Shown here one piece after another: positions 46,586 to 64,000 of a stretch of 64,000 nt of DNA. This DNA comes from Eledone cirrhosa (taxonomy: Eukaryota), in NCBI GenBank assembly GCA_964016885.1, contig OZ024748.1, forward strand, positions 30,008,001 to 30,072,000. The letters run 5' to 3'. The notes under the pieces were generated by a model. It did not search any database. It had not been told where the DNA came from and saw only the letters and a list, made by a program, of their open reading frames with translations. Position numbers and translations under genes: made by a program. The first letter of the stretch is position 1. Every line of letters begins with the position of its first letter.

Positions 46586-48769
46586 AATATATATGAAGTT
46601 AATAATAAATTACATGACCAACTATTAATATATAATATCACCTCTAAATACCAAATAGCTAATATAAATACGTACCATAATATAAATAAGGAAGCTAAAG
46701 AATTAGCTGTTTCTTTAAAAATAGATAATAGGACAGAAAAACTTGCTAAACGTTCTGCGTATATTACCCTTAAAGATCATAAACCCGACTTTATTAATCA
46801 TCCTAGTTGTAGATTAATCAACCCTGCTAAGACTGATATTGGTCTTGCCAGCAAAAAAATTTTAAATAAATTAAATACACACATTAGAAGTAAGTCTAAA
46901 TTACTCCAATGGATAAATAGCTCTTCCGTAGTACATTGGTTTAATAATATTAAAAACAAAATCAGTTCTAGATTCACCCAATTTGACATTGTAGATTTCT
47001 ACCCATCTATTACTCAGACCCTTTTAGTGAAAGCTTTAAATTTCGCTAGAGGGTTCACTAATATCTCCGATATTGAAGAGAATGTCATCTTGCATGCTAG
47101 GAACACTCTACTTTTTAATGATAATGACACTTGGGTAAAAATATCTAACCCAGAGAACCCATTCGATGTCTCAATGGGCTCTTATGACAGTGCCGATGTT
47201 TGTGATCTGGTCGGCCTATTCCTCTTACATACACTTAAAGAAAAATTTCCTAACCATATTTTTGGGCTTTATCGTGACGATGGTCTAATACTTTCCCATA
47301 CCACCATAGGCCATAACTTAGATAGATTAAGGAAAGACTTAATAAAAACCTTCGCTAGTTTTAATCTTAAAATTACTATTGACACTAACCTTTCCAACGT
47401 AGATTTCCTAGATATAAACCTAGATTTGCCTACTGCTTCTTATAAACCATACCATAAACCTAATGAAAACTTAAAATATATAAATAAAGGATCTTGCCAT
47501 CCACCTATAGTTTTTAAAAACCTTATCCCTAATATTAGCCGTAGGATCTCCACCCTCTCTTCCTCAGAAGCTATTTTTAATAAGGCATCCCCCTACTATA
47601 ATTAGCCCTCCAAAATAGCGGTTTTAGCGAACCGATTAAATACATACCTAACTATACTAACTCTATTAAACATAAAAATAGGAAAAGAAAAATAATCTGG
47701 TTCACACCCCCCTACTCTCTAGCAGTTAAAACTAATGTAGGCAAAAAATTCCTTGAGCTCCTAGATAAACATTTCCCTAGAACACATAGATACTATAAGA
47801 TCTTTAACAGAAACTGCGTTAAAATTAGCTATTCCTGCGGTCCCCCTATTAAGTCCTATATCCTCAACAAAATATCACCTAGAGAAAATCAAACTTGCTC
47901 CTGTAGAATCAAAAGTGAATGCCCATTACAAGGTAAATGCAACACCAAAGCCATTGTATATGCGGCTAAAGTGACAACCATCAGCAACAACCATCCAGCC
48001 ACCAGTGAACGATATGTGGGTATGACGCAAGACAAATTCAAAACGCGTTATTACTCACATGTCGCATCCTTTCGACATCCAGAAAAAAGATTTACAACAG
48101 CTCTGGCTAGCAGAATTTGGGATTTGAAAGACCAAGGCATCCAATATAAATTAGATTGGTCAATTTTGAACCAATCTAAAAAATATGCTAGAGGAACAAG
48201 AAAATGCACGCTCTGCATAAATGAAAAATATTGGATATTGCAAAATCTAAAATCACCAAAGACCTGCCTGAACACAAAGACGGAAATTTTCACCAGTTGC
48301 CCACACATGAAATCACACCTGCTTTCCAGCTCATATAAACTCAACACACTTTCAGATACTTATCCTCCATAAACTCTTATTATTCTCTTTTTAATTACCC
48401 TTTCTGACTTCTTTTCATTTTTATCCTTGTCAATAATTTCATTTATTTTTATTTTTATTTTTACTTCACATCCACCAACCCCCCCCCCTTTATTCTCCGA
48501 TTCACTTTCCATTTTTTACTTCCCCTTCTTTTACTTCCCTTTTTCCTCCACTAACTGATTACACTTGTCTTTTGTGTTTTTCAATCCAGATATATTTTTC
48601 ATTTTTATTTTTATTTTTTATTTTTGCGCAGCCAATCTTACAATTTTATATTTGTACTTACTTCTCCACAAGTTTTTTACACCCTGTATCAATATGGCTG
48701 AACGCCTTAATGTGTGTATACTTTTATATATGTACATGAGTGACTACGTATGTGCGCGCGCGTGCGTGA

Positions 48770-48817
<48 letters not shown>

Positions 48818-49730
48818 ATGTATATATTATGCGTATGTGTATGTGTCTTTATATCCGTGTTTTTGACATCTCGGTTTTATGTTTTGTTCCTTTTTTCTTC
48901 TCCCCCCCTCTTTCCTTTTTTTACTTACTCAGTTTTATGCGTGTGCATGCAAACAGGTCAATACGCGTGAGTGTAAGTATGTGTGTGTGTGTGTGTGTAT
49001 GTACGTATCGAACGTATGGATGTGTAAGTGCGCATGTGTATATAAGCATATATATTTTTGCGTTTCTTTTGTGAGACATGCGTGTCTGTGTATGTATGTA
49101 ACCTTTTTTTGTCTTCTTTTCTTTAATTTTTTCTTTCTAATATTTTTTCTTTCTAATTTATTGTTACATTTTTATAAATATATCGAGATTGATACTTTCC
49201 TTTAATTATTACATTCCCTTACCTCTTTTACTTCCGCATCTAAGTGTACGAGTGTGCAGGCGTTTTATGCGCGCGCCTTCATATTCATATATTTATGATG
49301 TAACTATTCTGTATGTAGATTACAGACATACAGATACATTTGCCCTAAATTTTAGATTTACGCACACTTTTTCACTATACTTATACACATGTGCATATAC
49401 ATATATGCACATCTGTGAGCGTATATACATACATATACACACACCTAACTATATTTCTTGATAGATTTTTATATATTTCAATTTCTAATTCATTTGTCTA
49501 TATCTTTTTTTGATTTTCTTGATGAGTTTTTCTAAGTATTTACCCATGTTTTATATTGCCTCGTCTGACGAACGAATGAAGACGTTTATTTCGTATTCGC
49601 CTCATTCGGGAAACCTCTGGTAATGAGGTAATTATATTGTATTGATTTTTTATACATTAAATTTTGCTCTGATACTTACATAGAGCACTCTTCACTTCTA
49701 TGACCTTTTCTGTTTCCAACGGAAATTTCA
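46586..49730 (+). mobile_element. Penelope-like element 4, 5'-truncated, frameshift near 47600
   Basis: LKDHK..RLINP..FTQFDIVDFYPSI..MGSYDSADVCDLVG..GLYRDDG. The next frame gives IIWFTPPY..CSCRIKSECPLQGKC..IVYAAKV..YVGMT..FKTRYYSH..CTLCINE, stop 48372. ~1.35-kb 3' UTR. Confidence 0.94.
49555..49632 (+). ncRNA. Type I hammerhead ribozyme in the PLE4 3' end
   Basis: attgcctcgt-CTGACGA-a cgaatga..tcattcg g-GAAA-cc tct gg-TA|atgaggtaat. 10-bp stem I, GUA site. Confidence 0.85.
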
Positions 49731-56065
<6,335 letters not shown>

Positions 56066-56404
56066 GGAGGCACATGGCTTAGTGGTTAGAGCATTGGCCT
56101 TGCAATCGAAAGGTTGTGAGTTCAATTCTCAGACCGGGTGATGTGTTGTTTCCTTGAGCAAGACACTTTATTTCACATTGCTCCAGTTTACTCAGCTGTA
56201 GAAATGAGATGATAGGGACTGGGGTCCATATCATACCACTGAAAAGTGGTCGTGGAGGTGCCACGGCAAAAAAGCACCCAGCACTCACTGTAAATGAGGT
56301 TGGTGTTAGGAAGGGCATCCATCTGTAGAAATCAAGCCAGCATCAGTTCCCGTCCCACCCTTGCAAGCAGGGAAAAAGCGGACGTAAAATGAAATGATGA
56401 TGAT
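56066..56404 (+). mobile_element. Full-length tRNA-derived SINE family B
   Basis: Near-identical to 27186-27538. Confidence 0.92.
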
Positions 56405-56682
56405 ATATATATGTATATATAATATATATATATATGTATATATAATATATATATATATATGTCTATATAATATATATATATATATGTATATATAATATAT
56501 ATATATGTATATATAATATATATATATATGTATATATAATATATATATATATGTATATATATATATGTATATATAATATATATATATATGTATATATAAT
56601 ATATATATATATATATAATATATATATATATGTATATATAATATATATATATATGTATATATATATAATATTATATATATAT

Positions 56683-56728
56683 GTAATAGGAACCAGTAAG
56701 ACCCCGGGGTCTTACTGGTTCCTATTAC
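56683..56728. repeat. Perfect 46-bp palindrome
   Basis: gtaataggaaccagtaagacccc|ggggtcttactggttcctattac, with no loop. Confidence 0.97.
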
Positions 56729-56856
56729 CCACTCTACTACCCTAAGTATTGAGTACTTTGGTGCGTTATGGTCCACCTGGTTCCTTACCACATTTCCTTC
56801 GTTATATATATATGTATATATATAATATATATATATATATATATGTATATATAAAT

Positions 56857-56913
<57 letters not shown>

Positions 56914-57671
56914 ATAAACACAAAACGTGTTTGCATTGCAACAGACAAAGTTAGCTATTAATGAAATAAACTAATTAAAGTGAATACAATTTTTCTTTCT
57001 CGATATAAGTCAATAAAGACAAGCTTATATTGGCAAAGGCCGTGATTTCTGGACAAATTTAAATTTCAAAATCCAAACCCGCTCCGTAGATGAATTTGAA
57101 TTTCGAAACCTAAATATGTTTCGCAATGATGGTACGTGAATTGAAAAATAAAGAGAATCGAAATGGAATTGAAATAAAAAGTGAAATATCCAAATCTTCT
57201 GTGCTTATCAACAGGAACCCAGTAAAATTAGCATATCTCACCATCAAAAAATTTTGCAGGTCTGACTACACGTGTGTCTAGCCAGGCCAAAGTAGCCGTC
57301 CCGCATTCCCGGTGCTAGAAAGTATATACGGGTCTCTTTTTTGCTACACCCTGGAACTCTTAACAATATATATTATTCTATAAAGTATATATCGGCTGAT
57401 TAGCTTAATTTGCATACCAAGAAATACACAATCTTGATAACCCAAAATTAATTGTAGCTTGTTTTTCTCTCTACTACTGTTGGAACAGAAGGATGATGTC
57501 AGTCGTCTTGAACACATGGCGTAATGAGGCTGTTTGCTCGCAAACAGACTGAATATTAATAAAATTATTATTTACTCACAAATGCATACATATATAATTA
57601 TTCTCAATATATTTATCACTTTTTATTTAATATATTAATGTATTTCTCTCAACATATTTATCTATTTTCAG

Positions 57672-57749
57672 CGAACATATGTGTTTGCCTTTCTTCTTGG
57701 TTCTCGACTGTTCACCAAGCCCCAAGATCTCTTCTCTCAAATCTGCCAG
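57672..57749 (+). CDS. RASGEF1: Next coding exon of the RasGEF1-family gene
   Basis: Acceptor tattttcag|, then 78 nt reading RTYVFAFLLGSRLFTKPQDLFSQICQ, then donor |gtgaga. Continues the previous exon in phase 0, as in RASGEF1 ...DYYPD-RTYIFTFLLSSRLF. Confidence 0.92.
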
Positions 57750-57909
57750 GTGAGATGAAATTATTATTTCACACCAGAATATTATTTACTTAAACATCTT
57801 TATGTATAAGGTCTGCCAAAAAACATGTATGAATAAACCTGTTATATATATATAAACCATCATATACGTATATATATAAATATATACCCAGTTCCACACT
57901 GCAAACATG

Positions 57910-58176
57910 GTTGCGGCACCCTGGTACCTAAAATATGGTTCCACTGTGAGAAGGGTTCAACACAGCCTATTGGCTGTTCCTCTTCTTAACAGTGGCATCT
58001 AGTACCAGGCTCCAAAACTATGGTTCTGCTGTGAGATGTGTTCAGCACAGCCAACTGGCCTGTCTTTCCGCATAGCGCTACCATCCAGTTCTGGGTTCCA
58101 AAACCATTGGCTCCACTGTGAGATAGGTTCAGCCAGGCCTTCTGGCCTGTCACTCCTCATAACGGTGCCATCCGAT
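57910..58176. repeat. Three degenerate ~85-nt tandem units
   Basis: Recurring aaa..atggttccactgtgaga..gttca.cacagcc.a.tggc. A related single unit lies at ~745-800. Confidence 0.65.
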
Positions 58177-58947
58177 TCCACACTGTAAATGTAGTTGGTG
58201 TTAAGAAGGGCATCCTGTTGTAAAATCCCTGGCCAATTTTACAATCCCTTCTGAGAAAGGTACAGTGTAGCCTATTCTGGCCAGACTTGTCCCCCGACGA
58301 GGACAACCTGTCTAACCCATGCAAGCATGGAAAAATGGACACTAAACGGTGATGATGAGGATGATGATATATAGTGTATTTTATGTAATGTTTAGTTACT
58401 GATGGTTTGCCAGTTTGTGCACTCATTCGAGAATCCACAAGTCCGATGAGCTATCAATTCCAGAGTTAAGGCCAATCACTACGGATCATACCTTGAACAG
58501 ATCAATCACAAAACCCACATCACCTGTGAATAAACTTTGATGTTATATATATATTACATAACACCCTGCACATTGAAAAATGCTGGAAAATATGTCAGAT
58601 GCAACCCCTGGCCTGTCTGGGAGGTCACAGATTCTGATTTTATACTGACTTGGTTTGTGATGATCTGTCCAACCCATGTCAGAATGGAAAAAAAAGACAT
58701 TAAAGGATGATGTATGTGTGTGTGTATCATCATCATCATCATCATCATCGTTTTACGTCCGTTCTTCCACGCTAGCATGGGTTAGACGGGTTGTCTTGTT
58801 GTGGGCAATGTCCAGTCGGCTGACCTTGTCTTGCTCATACGGGAACTTATTCTGGCTTGATTTCTACAGCCGGATGCCCTTCCTAACACCAACCTCATTT
58901 ACAGTGAGTGCTGAGTGCTGGGTGCTTTTTTGCCGTGGCACCTCCAC
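58177..58947. mobile_element. Cluster of partial RTE-tailed SINE fragments in both orientations
   Basis: + copy at 58177-58367 and - copy at 58727-58947, with ggtgttaggaagggcatcc body and (ATG)n tails. Confidence 0.75.
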
Positions 58948-59134
58948 GTGTGTGTATATATATATATATATATATCCCATGATGACATGAAAAAATGGAC
59001 ATTAAACGGTGATGATATATACATAATGGACTTTCCTATCATATTTCAATATAAGAGGGTTTAACAGTCTTTGCAGTTCATTTTTTATGGTTATGTTTTA
59101 AATGGCATTTCAGTCCAGCTGTTGGACATCGGGT

Positions 59135-62100
59135 CTCTTTAGAACACATACATATACCCTCTTTAGTACACATACATATAGCTTCTTTAGTACACATACA
59201 TATAGCTTCTTTAGTACACATACATATAGCCTCTTTAGTACACATACATATACCCTCTTTAGTACACATATATATAGCCTCTTTAGTACACATACATATA
59301 CCCTCTTTAGTACACATACATATACCCTCTTTAGTACACATACATATACCCTCTTTAGTACACATACATGTAGCCTCTTTAGTACACATACATATACCCT
59401 CTTTAGTACACATACATATAGCCCCTTTAGAACACATACATATAGCCTCTTTAGTACACATACGTATAGCCTCTTTAGTACACATACATATAGCCTCTTT
59501 AGTACACATACATATAGCCTCTTTAGTACAAATACATATACCCTCTTTTGTACACATACATATACCCTCTTTAGTACTCATACATATAGCCTCTTTTGTA
59601 CACATACATATAGTCTCTTTAGTACACATACATATACCCTCTTTAGTACACATACATATACCCTCTTTAGTACACATACATATACCCTCTTTAGTACACA
59701 TACATATAGCTTCTTTGGTACACATACATATACCCTCTTTAGTACACGTACATATACCCTCTTTAGTACAAATCCATATACCCTCTTTAGTACACATACA
59801 TATAGCCTCTTTAGTACACATACATATAGCCTCTTTAGTACACATACATATAGCCTCTTTAGTACACATACATATAGCTTGTTTAGTACACATACATATA
59901 GCCTCTTTAGTACACATACATAGAGCCTCTTTAGTACAAATACATATACCCTCTTTTGTACACATACATATACCCTCTTTAGTACTCATACATATAGCCT
60001 CTTTTGTACACATACATATAGTCTCTTTAGTACACATACATATACCCTCTTTAGTACACATACATATACCCTCTTTAGTACACATACATATAGCCTCATA
60101 GTACACATACATATACCCTCTTTAGTACACATACATATAGCCTCTTTAGTACACATACATATAGCCTCTTTAGTACACATACATATAGCCTCTTTAGTAC
60201 ACATACATATAGCCTCTTTAGTACACATACATATACCCTCTTTAGTACACATACATATAGCCTCTTTAGTACACATATATATAGCTTCTTTAGTACACAT
60301 ACATATAGCTTCTTTAGTACACATACATATACCCTCTTTAGTACACATACATATACCCTCTTTAGTACACATATATATAGCTTCTTTAGTACACATACAT
60401 ATAGCCTCTTTAGTACACATACATATAGCTTCTTTAGTACACATACATATACCCTTTTAGTACACATACATATACCCTCTTTAGTACACATACATATAGC
60501 CTCTTTAGTACACATATATATAGCTTCTTTAGTACACATACATATAGCTTCTTTAGTACACATACATATAGTCTCTTTAGTACACATACATATAGCCTCT
60601 TTAGTACACATACATATAGCCTCTTTAGTACACATACATATAGCCTCTTTAGTACACATACATATAGCTTCTTTAGTACACATACATATAGCCTCATTAG
60701 TACACATACATATAGCCTCTTTAGAATACATACATATAGCCTCTTTAGTACACATACATATAGCCTCTTTAGTACACATACATATACCCTCTTTAGTACA
60801 CATACATATACCCTATTTAGTACACATACATATAGCCTCTTTAGTACACATACATATAGCCTCTTTAGAATACATACATATAGCCTCTTTAGTACACATA
60901 CATATACCCTCTTTAGTACACATACATATACCCTATTTAGTACAAATCCATATACCCTCTTAGTACACATACATATAGCCTCTTTAGTACACAGACATAT
61001 ACCCTCTTTAGTACACAGACATATACCCTCTTTAGTACAAATCCATATACCCTCTTTAGTACACATACATATAGCCTCTTTAGTACAAATCCATATACCC
61101 TCTTTAGTACACATACATATAGCCTCTTTAGTACACATACATATAATCTCTTTAGTACACGTACATATACCCTCTTTATTACAAATCCATATACCCTCTT
61201 TAGTACACATACATATAGCCTCTTTAGTACACATACATATAGCCTCTTTAGAATACATACATATAGCCTCTTTAGTACACATACATATAGCCTCTTTAGT
61301 ACACATACATATACCCTCTTTAGTACACATACATATACCCTATTTAGTACACATACATATAGCCTCTTTAGTACACATACATATAGCCTCTTTAGAATAC
61401 ATACATATAGCCTCTTTAGTACACATACATATACCCTCTTTAGTACACATACATATACCCTATTTAGTACAAATCCATATACCCTCTTATAACACATACA
61501 TATAGCCTCTTTAGTACACATACATATACCCTCTTTAGTACACAGACATATACCCTCTTTAGTACAAATCCATATACCCTCTTTAGTACACATACATATA
61601 GCCTGTTTAGTACAAATCCATATACCCTCTTTAGTACACATACATATAGCCTCTTTAGTACACATACATATAGCCTCTTTAGTACACATACATATAGCTT
61701 GTTTAGTACACATACATATAGCCTCTTTAGTACACATACATATAGCCTCTTTAGAATACATACATATAGCCTCTTTAGTACACATACATATAGCCTCTTT
61801 AGTACACATACATATACCCTCTTTAGTACACATACATATACCCTATTTAGTACACATACATATAGCCTCTTTAGTACACATACATATAGCCTCTTTAGAA
61901 TACATACATATAGCCTCTTTAGTACACATACATATACCCTTTTTAGTACACATACATATACCCTATTTAGTACAAATCCATATACCCTCTTAGTACACAT
62001 ACATATAGCCTCTTTAGTACACATACATGTACCCTCTTTAGTACACAGACATATACCCTCTTTAGTACAAATCCATATACCCTCTTTAGTACACATACAT

Positions 62101-64000
62101 ATAGCCTCTTTAGTACAAATCCATATACCCTCTTTAGTACACATACATATAGCCTCTTTAGTACACATACATATACCCTCTTTAGTACACGTACATATAC
62201 CCTCTTTAGTACAAATCCATATACCCTCTTTAGTACGCATACATATAGCCTCTTTAGTACAAATCAATATACCCTCTTTAGTACACATACATATACCCTC
62301 TTTAGTACACACACATATAGCTTCTTTAGTACACATACATATAGCTTCTTTAGTACACACACATATAGCTTCTTTAGTACACATATATATACCCTCTTTA
62401 GTACACATACATATAGCTTCTTTAGTACACATACATATAGCTTCTTTAGTACACACACATATAGCCTCTTTAGTACACATACATATACCCTCTTTAGTAC
62501 ACATACATATATCCTCTTTAGAACACATACATATACCCTCTTTAGTACACATACATATAGCCTCTTTAGAACACATACATATACCCTCTTTAGTACACAT
62601 ACATATACCCTCTTTAGTACACATACATATAGCCTCTTTAGAACACATACATATACCCTCTTTAGTACACATACATGTAGCCTCTTTAGTACACATACAT
62701 ATAGCCTCTTTAGAACATACATATACCCTCTTTAGTACACATATATATAGCCTCTTTAGTACACATACATATACCCTCTTTAGTACACATACATATAGCC
62801 TCTTTAGAACACATACATATACCCTCTTTAGTACACATACATATACCCTCTTTAGTACACATACATATAGCCTCTTTAGTACACATACATATACCCTCTT
62901 TAGTACACATACATGTAGCCTCTTTAGAACACATACATATAGCCTCTTTAGTACACATACGTATAGCCTCTTTAGTACACATACATATAGCCTCTTTAGT
63001 ACACATACATATAGACTCTTTAGTACAAATACATATACCCTCTTTTGTACACATACATATACCCTCTTTAGTACTCATACATATAGCCTCTTTTGTACAC
63101 ATACATATAGCCTCTTTAGTACACATACATATACCCTCTTTAGTACACATACATATACCCTCTTTAGTACACATACATATAGCTTCTTTGGTACACATAC
63201 ATATACCCTCTTTAGTACACATACATATAGCCTCATAGTACACATACATATAGCCTCTTTAGTACACATACATATAGCCTCTTTAGTACACATACATATA
63301 GCCTCTTTAGTACACATACATATAGCCTCTTTAGTACACATACATATACCCTCTTTAGTACACATACATATAGCCTCTTTAGTACACATATATATAGCTT
63401 CTTTAGTACACATACATATAGCTTCTTTAGTACACATACATATACCCTCTTTAGTACACATACATATACCCTCTTTAGTACACATACATATAGCCTCTTT
63501 AGTACACATATATATAGCTTATTTAGTACACATACATATAGCTTCTTTAGTACACATACATATAGTCTCTTTAGTACACATACATATAGCCTCTTTAGTA
63601 CACATACATATAGCCTCTTTAGTACACATACATATAGCCTCTTTAGTACACATACATATAGCTTCTTTAGTACACATACATATACCCTCTTTAGTACACA
63701 TACATATACCCTATTTAGTACACATACATATAGCCTATTTAGTACAAATCCATATACCCTCTTAGTACACATACATATAGCCTCTTTAGTACACATACAT
63801 ATACCCTCTTTAGTACACAGACATATACCCTCTTTAGTACAAATCCATATATCCTCTTTAGTACACATACATATAGCCTCTTTAGTACAAATCCATATAC
63901 CCTCTTTAGTACACATACATATAGCCTCTTTAGTACACATACATATACCCTCTTTAGTACACGTACATATACGCTCTTTAGTACAAATCCATATACCCTC
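59135..64000. repeat. 24-bp minisatellite/satellite (ctctttagtacacatacatata(g/c)c), ~200 units, running off the window
   Basis: Directly visible. Gives the 8-aa periodicity MCTKEAIC/MCTKEGIC in the ORF track. Confidence 0.98.

Noticed and set aside
59078-63940. Cys-rich MCTKEAIC and His-rich VHIHIASL repeat proteins
   Set aside because: Products of a 24-bp satellite. Single-base deletions shift frame freely and no splice or coding signal is evident.
59135-64000. CRISPR-like array
   Set aside because: Head-to-tail monomers with no unique spacers, no cas genes, and a eukaryotic context.

Overview
AT-rich eukaryotic DNA whose repeat content suggests a cephalopod (Octopus-like; this is inference). 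Almost the whole window is one 56,025-nt phase-0 GT-AG intron (1647-57671) between two short + strand coding exons of a RasGEF1-family gene (REM domain: ALIFRDGNLVCGSLEALVQHLLPTRDYYPD | RTYVFAFLLGSRLFTKPQDLFSQICQ). The intron is filled with kilobase-scale imperfect (TA)n/(TATG) arrays that host nested retroelements. These include four distinct Penelope-like elements (RT, CxCx5C linker, C-terminal GIY-YIG; Hydra-like), several RTE LINEs with partner tRNA-derived SINEs, and a CR1-group LINE. Mariner, Helitron and MITE relics lie mostly outside the arrays. A 24-bp satellite fills the last ~4.9 kb. The main result of the hunt is 11 hand-folded type I hammerhead-ribozyme-like motifs, at PLE ends or as tiny solo islands in TA tracts. 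Many share non-canonical cores (variable position 4, non-Watson-Crick 10.1/11.1 pair). The very long IYIY and MCTKEAIC ORFs are repeat artefacts. All folding and family calls were made by eye, with no searches run.
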